NCBI RefSeq assembly: GCF_037042905.1
Contig: NC_087251.1
Location: forward strand, 27,468,001-27,532,000
DNA: 64,000 nucleotides
Direction: 5' to 3'
From: Lytechinus pictus
Taxonomy: Eukaryota
Of the stretch, positions 1 to 12,300 are shown one piece after another; the stretch's first letter is position 1; every line of letters begins with the position of its first letter. The notes below the pieces were generated by a model. That model did not search any database, was not told the DNA's origin, and saw only the letters and a list, made by a program, of their open reading frames with translations. A program made the translations under genes and the position numbers.

Positions 1-624
1 CATGGAATGTTAAATAATAAATTTCGTTAACAATATGTTTTTAGTCAATATTCCACTCGTTTATCTTAACAAAATGCATTTTAGTACTCACTCTTGTGAT
101 TTTTTTGTCCCCATTCACATTGTACATCATAGTGATAGGGCTTCTGGAGGCCATTTTGAATATCAAAATACAGGATTTTATCACATACATGACATAACAA
201 ATGATATACATCGTTAGCAATCATGTTTTCAGACATTACTTCACACATAGATCATTATTACTTGCATTTTAGTGCTCACTTTTGTGAAAATTAATTTTCC
301 CCATTCATATTGTATCTATGGCGGCCATTTTGAATATCAAGAAAATAAATATTTTTGTCAAATATCATTTTTTCAGAGAGTATTTCACTCCGGCTGCACA
401 ATTGCATGTACTTTTTAGCCAATGTGTGGACAATTTTATAATTTTCATGGGTAATTTGATGATTTTGGCGGCCATATTGGATTTTGCCAATTTGCGGAAA
501 ATGCTCAAGGTTATAAGAGTGGCATCATTCAGATTCGGAATCAGCACCCTCGAATTGACAAGAAACCATAAAAAACATTGTATATCTAAAAAAAACAAGG
601 TACGACCCCTTCTATCCTGGACTA
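1..624. mobile_element. Right-hand part of a repetitive element with repeated GGCGGCCATTTTG subunits (possibly Academ-like, truncated by window edge)
   Basis: Two similar ~80-90 bp blocks (76-168 and 264-343: gcattttagt.ctcact..tgtga...ccccattca.attgta...gg.ggccattttgaatatcaa) and a third ggcggccatattgg at ~467. The segment ends in ...ctggacta. The superfamily is an inference only. Confidence 0.45.
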
Positions 625-994
625 GTGGGGACGTATAGACTGAAAGAAGAGAGGTGATCCATTAACCTGCCAAATGCGTTGCTATGTCAGTGTATAAGGA
701 TTTCAATTTTGTCATGTTGAAATTGCAAGAACAGCAACAACAAGTTCCCAAACGAAACCCGTATTAAAATCTCACATTCTTAAGCATACATTCAGGTTGC
801 TCTTAAGAATAAAATTTGAATTGGATTGCTGGACATAGCAACAAGTTATGTAGCATAATATGCAAGCTGAATTCCAAAGCATCGGAGCTTATTCATTCAC
901 TTTGAGCAATTAACATGTCTATTTATTAGGTTTCCAGGAAGGAAACAAGATCATGAAAGCCTGCCCAATCCTGCAACACAATTATAACTGTGGA

Positions 995-1179
995 TAGACC
1001 CGTTTACCAATATATTCAAACTTTCATACATCATTTTCAAACAAAAGTGATTCTTGACAACATTCCAAGTATTCCAAGTATCGCAGTTCATACATTAAAC
1101 AGGTCGATGGAATACTTGGTCCACAGGAAAGAACCATCCATACAATTTTGAATCACCATCATCACTGTAAACGGGTCTA
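995..1179. mobile_element. MITE with 13-bp terminal inverted repeats
   Basis: TAGACCCGTTTAC at 995 and GTAAACGGGTCTA ending at 1179; flanks tgga/ttga resemble a 4-bp target duplication. Confidence 0.6.
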
Positions 1180-1829
1180 TTGAATAACTCATTTCGAGCC
1201 TTCATATGGCATTGTTTGGTAAAAAAGAAAACACACACACACACAAAACCTAATATTGCTGGTTGCTAGGTCAGACAAAGACATTACCGACATTTTAATA
1301 GCGATCTGTATAATTTGTCTATAGTAAGAGGGCAGCCGTTGTTACTTGCATGTTGCAATGGTCAGAATTCAAGCTGCATATACAAGTTTGTTACGTCAGG
1401 CAAAGGGGTTTTCATTCTTAGCAAGTACAAGTAAACTGAAATTTACAAAGGTGTCGTCTGGTGAAGAACAATGACATCATTTTGAGGGATTGGAAATACT
1501 CCAAATTCTTAGTGATTTTCAACCGAAGACGACAAGATCCGTATCCGTGCATGATTTAAACATTCCCGAAGTGATCAGATATTACTATTGTTTTCCTCCT
1601 GTAGCAAGGATCTTACACCATGAACCATGCACCTGGAATGTTGCTGTGTCTCCAGGGCCATTGTGTTGGTAATCGTTTGCAGGAATTGTCCACTTTTCAA
1701 GAGAATTACTTCAGATTATGCAACTTTTTATTCTTTAACAGCCTGAGAATCAATGGTATAGTTGACCTATCTATGTCAGGAATTCACCAAGAATGTGTCA
1801 CTTTGAGGTACGAGATGGCGAAGAGAGTG

Positions 1830-1837
1830 TATATAAA
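1830..1837 (+). promoter_or_regulatory. TATA box of the fasciclin-domain gene
   Basis: TATATAAA about 110 bp upstream of the signal-peptide ATG at 1942. Confidence 0.6.
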
Positions 1838-1941
1838 CTGCTACCCAGGCTCCTTCGCCACACCTTGTCTTTAGTGGGTCCAGGCTGGTCGGACGTATCT
1901 CTGTCAATCTGCTCATGCACCAAGCAACCACGAACTTGACC

Positions 1942-2233
1942 ATGCAGTCTGTTGTCGCCTTTCTAGCCGTTCTGGTCGGGGTAGCCGTTGCCGTCAAGCC
2001 GACACCGAAACCGGCGTCGTCGGACGATATCAAGCAGAAGAACCGAGAGATCTCGTCCACAGAGTACCTGAGGAAGATGTTGGAGAAGCCCTCTCCAAAG
2101 ATGTTCTTCAGTCCCATTGATGTGTCCACCCGTGACGACGTCCTCGACATGTTGGCAATCCTGGGGCTCCGTGAGGCATCCAAGATTGCAGAGCAGGTTA
2201 ACATGAGGCAGATGCTCAGGGACGAACAACTTG
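1942..2233 (+). CDS. FAS1 gene exon 1 (signal peptide and start of FAS1 domain 1)
   Basis: gaccATGc start; donor G|gtaaat at 2233/2234, phase 1. Confidence 0.88.
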
Positions 2234-4969
2234 GTAAATTTCAGTTTTCACCTTATAGGGCCGTATAAACAGGGGTTCGGGGACTTATTAAATACCCCAT
2301 CCCCTAGAACACCAATTATGAAAAAAAAATAGACATAATATGGTAGAGTTGATCTCTTATTGTGAGAAAATACCTTAAAAAGTGAACCCCCTAAAGAAAT
2401 TCATAATTCATATCAACTGTGGGTTAAAAACAGCAACACTGTCACCATTGTATACCTGCCCGAGATTATGATGGTCCCTCTCCAAATAGTACCATTTCAT
2501 GAATTAAGCTTTAACATCAAATAGCCGTTTTCTTTAACATTAACCTTTAACCATTACCCTTTTACATATTCAAACCATATTTTCACAGCATCCGTCACGC
2601 TATGCCTGCCCAATGACGAGGCTGTCCAGAAATGGAAGAGGGAACTTCCCGACAAACTGAAACCAGACCAGGCGTCTCTGAAGCAACTTGTCAGGGCGTG
2701 GGTGATTCCAGGAACGATCAGATCTACAGATGTCGTCAACAACCAGATGGTCCAAAGCTTAAACGGCGCCAAACTTCGATTCAATGTTTACAACCAGGTC
2801 ACGAAGGTGTGTATTTCTTTGTTAAGGAAATATGGAACGAAATTCCTTTTCAGAGAAATTAGCATTGAAATAATGGTTGAATCTATTTTCGACTTTGTTA
2901 TCACAATCCTTGGCGTCCAAAAAAGTTTGGGAACATGAAATAGTAGGCAATTTTGAAAAAGCTTGTACTAACTGGTTCTTTTCGAGTATTTGTGCATTCT
3001 GTTTGCTTTTATTTCTAAAAGCGGGGATAGTTATCAAGCGTAGGCCCTACTTAGAATACACATGATAGAGATGCCGCAGAATGGTTTTGAAACTGGGGAG
3101 GGGGGCTGACCATGCACAAAATCACAATCGGAATAAGATGGCAATATTTTACTTTTTACACGGGTTTTGGAAAAAGTGGGGGGGGGGGGGGCTTTACCCC
3201 CCCCCGTTTCCGCGGCACCTGGAATGTAAATCCTTAGTGTCAGTTGCGAAATAAAGAGACAAAACTAGCATCGACCCAAATGAATTATTGAGACACTTGG
3301 AAATCCGAGTGTAAAACCATATTATGCAAGATTTTTGTAAGGTTTATCTCTATTTTTTAATTCCTTATACAGGTGGTCACCGTGAATGGAGCTAAAATCG
3401 TTAAAGCCGATATTATGGCAAGCAATGGACTCGTTCAAGTAGTCGACAAGGTGATCTATCCACTACCGGTCGGTAACGTCGTTGATACCCTGGATGACAA
3501 CGAGGCCTTCTCCATCGTCTTCGATCTCCTGAAACATGCTGACCTCGTTGATCTTGCAGGTAAACCTGAACAGTCATAATACAAGAACACTGCATTAAAA
3601 ATCCTCAGTGAATGGAAACCACAGTAAAACAATATAGAAAATTTATAAATATGTTTGTGGCTGCACCCTATAAGTATCTTATTTATATATTTGTTTTGCA
3701 AATTGAGTCATTTGAAATATATTTTGAATGTATTAAAATGTTTTTATATTTATTTCCAGTATCCGACCCCGTCACCGTTCTTGTGCCAACAAATGCCGCC
3801 TTCTATGCGCTTCCATCTGGAGCCCTTTCGGACCTCCTGAGAAACATGACTAAACTACGAAATATTCTAAAGAACCACGTGATCTCTGACGTCAGATATT
3901 CTGCCTCACTGTCATCGGGGCAAAGGCTTCGAACCTCTCAAGGAAGCGAGATCTCGGTCACCATTGAAAACGGTAAGCCGCTCTCCAACAACGTATACCT
4001 ATTGGGCTCACATTGGTATATTAGAGACCCCCATTCACTCACGTGTTAATCATAGTTTATCAAAAGTTCAAATCAATCCCACGATAGATTTTGCTTTAGT
4101 TCACCGACTTTATTCACAATTAACAGTACATTAAAACTAGATATGTTAAACGGGTACTTGTCCAGCTCAAATCAAAAGTTAAATGGCCTGAAATATAAGA
4201 CAGCCATAATTTCGGCCAGTTCATTGCCAGAAAACCCCGAACTGCATTGTGGATAATTAAAATGAAATACAAAATACAGTCTAGCCTCCCCAAAGGCCTT
4301 AATTATGAAAATGTATGAACATGACATTGTTTCTATCATTATTTTGATATACAAACATTTTGTATATTTTAATGTATTTTAATCAAAGTCATGTGATCTT
4401 TACTTACGCCTGTCCGGCATGCTTTACGCGCGGATAAATTACTCTCATGTGCCATATATTCCTTTGAAAATTTAAGTCAAATCACAAAACTGGGAGGCTT
4501 TTGTCAAAAGCTGGTGGATCGGGACAGAAGCGGAATCTTACTCTGAACAACGACAATTTGCAATTGCTCGTCCGTGCAAATAAGTATGATCCGCTGTCCC
4601 GGAGCGCGTCCCGGTCTACTAACTAATATTACATGTATTAAGTCAGTAAAGTTCTATGTATGACTTTGTCGAAACGTTGGTCATATTCCTTGAAGCTATG
4701 TGCAATTTTTTGACATCAAGGCACTGAGAGGTTCTTATCTATGTCTTATTTTATGTTTAATTTTGGTTTAATATATGATGCCCGGACTTTCCAAAGTAAA
4801 CCAATAAAATCTCCTTTACCCACATGCAGGAAAAATCATCTTGAACAAAGAAAGAGACCAATCTAAAGCGAGCCAGGTAATCAAAGCCGACATCCCGACC
4901 ACCAACGGAGTCATTCACGTCATCGATCGGGTCATCATTCCATCTCAAGAACATTACGTCCTCGTCTAA
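1942..4969 (+). CDS. Secreted two-FAS1-domain (fasciclin/TGFBI-periostin family) protein, 349 aa; join(1942..2233,2589..2806,3373..3559,3760..3972,4830..4969)
   Basis: Five GT-AG exons join in frame (1050 nt). Signal peptide MQSVVAFLAVLVGVAVA; FAS1 H1 motifs TLCLPNDEA and TVLVPTNAAF; H2 motifs NGLVQVVDKVI and NGVIHVIDRVI. Architecture resembles the echinoid HLC-32/YP30/bep/EBP-alpha proteins (from recall, not searched). An in-frame upstream ATG lies at 1915. Confidence 0.92.
2589..2806 (+). CDS. FAS1 gene exon 2
   Basis: Acceptor tttcacag|; reads ASVTLCLPNDEAVQ...KLRFNVYNQVTK; donor AAG|gtgtgt. Confidence 0.88.
3068..3221 (-). mobile_element. Poly-G/C-containing MITE (same family as 49455-49602, opposite orientation), in FAS1 intron 2
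   Basis: Reverse complement shares ccgc.gaaacgggggg...acttttt..caaaacc...tccgattgtgatttt.tgcatg.tcagcccccc with 49455-49602. Confidence 0.7.
3373..3559 (+). CDS. FAS1 gene exon 3
   Basis: Acceptor ccttatacag|; reads VVTVNGAKIVKADIMASNGLVQVVDKVIYP...; donor G|gtaaac. Confidence 0.92.
3760..3972 (+). CDS. FAS1 gene exon 4
   Basis: Acceptor tatttccag|; reads VSDPVTVLVPTNAAF...LKNHVI...; donor G|gtaagc. Confidence 0.92.
4830..4969 (+). CDS. FAS1 gene exon 5 (terminal coding exon)
   Basis: Acceptor cacatgcag|; reads GKIILN...VIKADIPTTNGVIHVIDRVIIPSQEHYVLV*; TAA at 4967-4969. Confidence 0.92.
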
Positions 4970-5222
4970 GACTTCATGGCGTCAATTTGAAATTTTGTAC
5001 TAGTTCAATTTAATTGATAGTTTTAGTAAGTTGATCACGTGGTGATACCATGCAGCCGAACCCAAAAGTCTAAAATACAATACATGATTTAAGATTAGAC
5101 ATCTAATGTTTATCTTTCCCATTCAATTTCTTGATACTACTAACCAGTATTTGCTCAGAATTTATGTTTCTGATGAATTTCATATCCCTTGCCTGTAGTT
5201 GAAGTGATCTTTTATTTTCAAT

Positions 5223-5228
5223 AATAAA
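5223..5228 (+). terminator. Candidate polyadenylation signal of the FAS1 gene
   Basis: AATAAA about 250 nt after the stop codon. Confidence 0.55.
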
Positions 5229-5518
5229 TTTCCCTCGGCATAATAAGTTATATCGCACAGACTTCATTATTGTACATTAAATCCATTTTTAAAACATGAA
5301 TGAAGAGTGGAGAATGAATGTATGAACAGACCGCTTTATGATTTGATTAGAATGTGTGAAATGATGGATGCATGTGTGAAATGATTACTGTCAAACATTG
5401 AAGTTGTCCATCCATGCTGTACTTGTGATGTCGAGAAATTTCAACCCCTTCTTGATGTTAAAATTTCAGTTTCTCTCGACACAAAGCATTGATTCATGCA
5501 AATTACATGGACATGATG

Positions 5519-5671
5519 GGAGAACGGAGAGGCTTTTGTCGAATGTTGGTCGACCGGGACAGCAGCGTCTCGTGACTCTGGACATATAACAATTTCTAAT
5601 TGTTCGTCCGGTCCATCTTCGGACGATCTGCTGTCCAGGTCCAACTGTCGACAAAAGCCTCTCGGCTCTCC
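5519..5671. repeat. Imperfect palindrome / MITE-like hairpin
   Basis: GAGAGGCTTTTGTCGA (5527) pairs with TCGACAAAAGCCTCTC (ends 5663); the inner ggacagcag/ctgctgtcc also pair. Confidence 0.7.
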
Positions 5672-5804
5672 ACTGTGATTTGACTTTCATTTTCAACAAA
5701 TGAAAGGAATTGGTGCGTTGTATAGAGAGTGGCCGCGTCATAATGCAATCCCTACGCAGAAGCTCTCTGAAGCATTGAGAATCTAAATACAAAAGCTCTT
5801 TCAT

Positions 5805-6012
5805 CAGCCTTGTCAAATCGGTAAATCAAAATAACATTGTCGTTTTAGATATAAACCACATTTATTTGTAAATTTTCATCGGCTCCTAATCTTAGGACGA
5901 TTTACCCTTCTGGTTCACCAATTTTCGATAATGACCTAAGCCGTTCATTCTGTTTTGATAAACATTTTCAATATATTCTCAATGTTCTTGAAAGAGTCCG
6001 CGTAGTAGTTGT
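5805..6012 (+). repeat. Dispersed repeat, copy 1 (homologous to ~63280-63450)
   Basis: Shared blocks aatcaaaa...cattgtcgt.tt.gat, aattttcga.aatgacct..aagccgttc and cattttcaata.attctcaa.gtt. Confidence 0.7.
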
Positions 6013-6167
6013 GAAATCCCATATGATAACGACAAGTTTTATGCAACGGCATCCAGCATAATGTGACCAATTCACGCCACGAATCTAATGATACACTCTT
6101 AAAACCACGTGTTTGTGTATATTCGGTGTCCCACCCGCCGAAATGATTAAATTAAACATTTCTTATT

Positions 6168-6388
6168 GCACTCTAAATTCCAAGAATTTGAAATAAATCA
6201 AGATCGGTTGTGAATGTTGACCAACCAAATTTTTGATTTATTTTTAATCTTTAGGATATTCAACTTTTAAATCTGATTTGAGTTCAAATATTTTAGCTCT
6301 ATTTAAAGCCCAATGGTTTAAATCTTAATCTAATATTCGGCTGGTCACCATTCACAGCCGATCTAGATTAAAAAAATCCTTGGGAGTG
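6168..6388. mobile_element. Palindromic MITE
   Basis: agatcggttgtgaatgttgaccaacc (~6200) pairs with ggctggtcaccattcacagccgatct (~6340); termini CACTC...GAGTG. Confidence 0.6.
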
Positions 6389-9300
6389 GTTAGAATCTTG
6401 GCTTGAGACAATTTAAATCGGTCAGACACATAGTCAATTCAGCAACACATCGATAAGGAGTTTTGATGGCGCCGCTATATATACATGCTAACATGACTAT
6501 AGGAGTCTCAATGGCATTAAAATGTAACAAATAGACTGGGATAATGATTCGGCGGCATTTATTTAATATGAAGCTTTTTTTTTAAGTCGAAAAACAAATA
6601 TATTCAGTTAAACGTTATGCAGACCAATCAATTTTTAATTGTCTTACACGTATAGGGAACCACGAAACCGGGGGGGGGGGGGGGTAATGAACCACCACTT
6701 AAACTTATATATACGAAAGTATAAAAATTTTACCGTATGGTTTTTGCATGGCCTCCCTCAAGTTTTGACAAATGCTCATTGAGTACATCTTATTCTCACG
6801 TTGTATGACAAAAAACTGGTCATTCCTCGTCAATCGTAGGAAGCGTTTGCACAAAAGCAGGAAAAACGCAATGAGACTAATCACCAATTGACATCCGGGG
6901 CAACCGGAAGTAGTATACAGGTAACGCCAAATTTTTGGTTCTTGGCTTTGTTCCAGTTAAAAAAAAAAGAATGAAAAGCACTTGTATATTATGCTCATAA
7001 TGGGTTTCGCATTTTAATGATGGTGTAATTACGTTTCGACTGTCATTTGTGTTATTCCTTGTGCTAATGAATTTTTATTCACTTTCTTTGATCTTTGTTT
7101 TATTTGGCTCAGGTGACCTTTTGGCTAGTAACATTTGACTTGATAATTTGACCAAGTCCGAAGAAATGGGACCGTACGTTTTGTAATATCAATTATGGAT
7201 GTGGGCCTTACCTTCTTTGTAAAAGAAAAGGAGAGAAGTGAAGTTAGTGAACGGGTTTTTCGTTAACTTTGACCTAATTTTACCTTCGTGCAGTCCATGA
7301 AGGCAATGCGAGGTTCTTCGCCTCATTTAATGTTTGTAAAAGTAGAGCGAAAGTAACATTGTCTCGATAGCTTTGTTTGAAACATATAGAGGTTAAAGGT
7401 CATCATTGTGCAGAAGGATAGTGGAAAAGGGAAAGATTACAAATCGGACAAAGGCATATATTTCTGGTTTTAAATAACCTTATAGACCAATTCAACTGAT
7501 ATCTGACAACCTGCGATTGCAGAAATTGATCAAGAGTCACGATTTTCCGTAATGAATGGGTTCAATAGGAGGACAATGTCAATTTGGGAAGGGGTATGAG
7601 GTGGTGTTATAAACTAAATGATTGTTCTTCTGTTATATGTTTTCTTTCGCAGGAATCACTATTCGAATTGTAAAATATATATTCAAAATCCATTCAATTG
7701 TCTCTACTCCTTATTACGTTGGATTTTATTCAAATTCGTCGCAGTCTGCTGAAAGTTCACTTATCAAATCAATTTTAGGAATTTTTATTGAATGTAATCG
7801 GAATTATGTCACATACACGACCCGGTAAATGGTTTTTGAGAGATAAAAACGGATGTTTAAAGTTGCGTCTTTAACGAAAATCGACAGTAATACTACAAGG
7901 ACGGGGGGGGGGGGGGTCCAAAAGCGGTTATCCCAAGCAGTAAAGTGAGGAGGCGTTAACAATTACAGAATCACTCAATAAACTTGCTGGAAAAACTATT
8001 TTGTTATATAATTTTGAAAGTTATGGGCTGAGTAGTCTCGTACATTAAAGGAAAAAAAGGGGGAAAAACATTTTCTTATTTTCTTCCATCTCTCCTTTGC
8101 TTCTTCATGTTTACTTTGTGCAGTGCATATATCTCTGCTCGCAAGCAAAATGCTCTTATTGAACCACTGAACCCCATTTCCACGCCCCAGCCCCAACCGT
8201 AACCATGGTAACAAAGAAGTAAATATTTTCTTGATAAGACGTAATAGCAAGCCTATACCAATTCAGATAATTTAGGAAGTTATACAGCGTAGTGCTATTC
8301 TCACACTCTCTCTCGTATTGTTTTGACTTTTTTACTTGGATAGTTTGATATTGACCTTGGCAAGATGTGTCTGCTATTATAGCAACGGTAAATAAACAAA
8401 TCTGAACATTTACTACAGTTTGTATGAACACAAGACACAGTTTCCGAAATATAGGATGTTTTTATTGGAGTGCGCCTGTTAATCGGCCAATCACAAGACC
8501 GCGTATGTAATTCCTACAAAAAAAAAATGAAAGTTCATTGAAAGATAATGATTATGGGTGTCAGCCGATATTTGCAGTCCTGTTGAATCTGTAACAGCTA
8601 ATTTCAAATAATATTGACTGAATAAAACAGCGTGTAAAGCAGTGGCGCAATGACCCAACATTGTGAAGGGGCTAGATATGGTGTATCGCATAAAATTAAT
8701 AAAAAGTTGCGAGCGGGCGAAAACTTCGACATGTTTATTTAAAAAAATCCAAATGTGATTCATTTTGACATAATGTTCAGGAAAGAATATTATATTTCAC
8801 CCTTCTCTCTTCCCTTTTCTCTAATTTTTCTTGGTCGTGAAAGCCCCCCCCCCCCCATCTGTATACACTCCTGTGGTGTATATAGAAAAAAGTAATTGCG
8901 GCGCTTGGTTATTTCAATAGGGGAGGGGTAACATAAATTATACTTCACAAAAACATGTAGGGGTCTTATACATGTATAGTTTCATGTCCCAATATACTGT
9001 TTCAAATAAATAAAAAAAGAAATGAATAAATAAATAAACTCCTTTCTTTAACCTTCAACTTTCTTTGTCTTTCATATTTGTTCTTCGTATTTTCTACTTT
9101 TTATTTTCATCGCTTGGAAACTCATATTCACTTGTCAGCCCCCATGTGAGGTGCGGCTCGTAGAAGTTTACTTCCATTCTTGATAACTCATGGATTTCGA
9201 AAATTATATTTATGTTCTAGTACACACGAGGTTTTTTCATTTTCATGCCCGCAAATATGTTACTCCCAGACAATTATGTCATACGTGTAACATCTTTTAC

Positions 9301-12300
9301 AGGAGCACCACCAGTGTATTTTGATGGGGGGGGGGGGGGCGAACTAGAGTACGTAGATCTACCATGGCCAATACCCAGAGCTCTATTTCGGGTGGGGGGG
9401 GGGGTTGTTGTCCCCTTTTCCCCTTCCTTTCCCCCTCATTCCACCTCCTCTTCAATTGTTTTCACTTCTTAAAATTAAAGGCAGCGGTCGCTCTCTGCCG
9501 CTGGTCGTACCGCCCGTGCTTTCACTTTTAAAAGTTAGGCATTGATGAGAGAGAAGTAAATACATTGCAACCTTGCATGCGGATTATGCTGAGGCTTAGC
9601 ATTATTCTTTTCAATTTTTTGATAATATACAAGGTAGAATGTAGAGCAATCTTGTTTACAAATTTAAAAGATTAGGTCCCTGAGTAGTGACCCTTTCCCC
9701 CCATACGTGTAAACCGACGTCATCAATGAAAAAAATGAAAATAAAGAAATAACCCCTTGATGGTGTTTGGTAATCCCTCAACATGATGTCTTGATCTTGA
9801 TGAGTTTTCATCATGGATCTTATAGCTCAATGAATAAAGATCGGAGAATTGTCCATGTTATTGAAACGTTTTCTCCTTGAAAACAAAATAATAAAGTAGA
9901 GTCATCACGTGTTCTGCCATGAGGAGACCCATGACACCTTTTTAATTCTTGGAAACTTTCTCCAAAGATTTTTGGCCAAAGTATCGTTACAAACGAATTC
10001 AGCTGTTTCTCATTTTCAATTTAGATTAGTTCATTATTTGTTATTACAGAAAAATGAAATATTTTTCGTCTGAAACATACACATAGGCAGCAGGCCTACA
10101 AATCTAGACTATCGCAATGGATTCGACAGTGGGGATATTGCTTGCAAAATCTACGATTTGAAGAAGAAAGTGCCAATTTATTTAAAAGAACTCATGGCTC
10201 GGGATGTCTTCTCCAATTTTAGATCGGATACACATTATCACCTCTACTACTAGGCCTATCAGTCAACAATAAATAACCATTGCCATGAATTGGGCCGATA
10301 AGTAGATGATACACCCCTTTGTAGAAGAAAAGTTTATAAACTGTGAGAACGGTAATTGGTGAAAAGTTTACTGGGTCAAAAACCCAGCTTCCCGGTAGAA
10401 AAGTGTCTATTTCCGCATGCGCAGTGCGTCCTTGGGTATAGTCTTCGAGAAGCCGGGTCAATGTCGTGCAATATCATGAAAATATTGCCCAGGTTGGCAA
10501 ACGGAAACTCGTAACAGAAGTTTGACAATAGCAGGGAAAGTATAGTTTATGGAATCCAGTCGTTCATGTTTGTTCGGACTCAGGTCGAACATCTACATCC
10601 TGAATAAAACAAATCAACTCAAATTTGAATCATTATCTTTCATAATATTATAGAGAGGCACGTATAAACTATACGGGTCAATCCAAAATGACAAAATTAC
10701 TCCTATTGTTAATTTAATCTTATATTAAAGATAAAAATGCATAACTTTGTAATATCAATCGACTGATTGCCCTTTGTTTTTAATTTGACAGGATTAATTT
10801 AGGGTGTATTCTCTTTAAATAGCTTTATTCACGATTTCAATGTCTAAAACGTTTACCCAAAACTTCCTTCATCTAAATGATGGAAAAACTGTACTTTTCA
10901 TAAATTATCATCCCAGTATAGCTTCTGTATGACCTGCCAAAGGGATTACTATACATCACGTAACAAGTATCAAGTATCTACTTCGATGAAATAGCCAGCT
11001 CGTTTTAATATTTAAAAGGCACAACATGGCGTACTTTTAACAATGAATATCTAATTGTGATATGGATTTTGACATAAATTTGAACAGATTCTGTCATATT
11101 TGATGTGTCATTCTTCAATTTTTCTTTCTTTTCTCCTTTATTTTCTTAAATGTTTTTCTTGGTTACGAAAATTTGGGGTTTCGAGCTCCCAAGAACCCCA
11201 ATTTGTACGCCAGTGCTTGCTAATGTAAGCTGTTTTTTTTAAGGAATAAGATAATAATAATAATAATAAAAATGAGGTAACAACGAATAAAACATACAGA
11301 AATAAAAAGCATTCTTGGTCACAGTGTGTGTTTACCCCCCCCCCTTTTTTTTTTTTTAAAGGTAATCATCATATCAAGTTTTGAAGTCTGTCTGCTCAGA
11401 CTGTCAAAAAGGTAGAATAAAGTACATGTTTGGGGATTGGCGGGAATAGGTGTTATGGTCATTGTCTGCAGACGACTGAAGGCCAGACAACGGGAAAATG
11501 CGCGCGCACCAAACAAATTTGGGAAAGAAAATTACTTTCACACCACGAGCTACTTTGATTTGCTGTCAACAAAAAAAGACTTTCAGGCAACAAATTTTCA
11601 AAGAAATTGATAATAACAAACTATATTTTTATGTTAATAGAGTATATTAAGGAGGAACATTTCCATGATGAAATAATAGTTTGTGCACCAATAACACTAT
11701 TCTGACTAAATTATCATTTTTGATAGATATTTCATAACTACTGCTCTGCAATATATTTTGAAGAAATTAAGTTGTCTTGTCAAACTAACATAATTATGTC
11801 AAATGTTAATTTAGATTAAGATTTTGAAAGTAGGGCCTATATAAGAATCCTTTTATAGATAGAAAATTATTGTGCCATTGTCTGATTAACAAAGATGTTA
11901 TTTTGTCATTGCTTTAAAGTATTGCATAAAGTTTTCAAATTGTGTACCACCACTCGTCGAATTAAATAGTTGCGTATGACAATGCAACATTGCTCATTAG
12001 ATTATATAGAATTGATAATGTGCCAAAAATGTGATGCTTAATCGGAAACTTTGGTAACAATGGTGGAAACTATTTTTCAAATGAATGTTGTAGGTTCAAT
12101 ATGTGAAGGATAGGACGCAATAAAATGACATTTAATAAAGAACCCCAAAACATAGTATTTTCAAGATACGCCATTGGTTTCAGAAATAGCCAGTCCAGTT
12201 TTGAATCCAATGTTCGAAATAATTGATTTCAATTATATTTTGTATGCACTCACAGTTCCTTAATTTTCAGAGATTGTACACCATATTCAAAGCGTCCGCC

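Noticed and set aside
1776..2229. Minus-strand ORFs of 142 and 88 aa (likewise 39293..39640, 40654..40965, 44919..45158, 53470..53673, 54679..54951)
   Set aside because: Antisense shadows of real coding exons, with no recognisable motifs.
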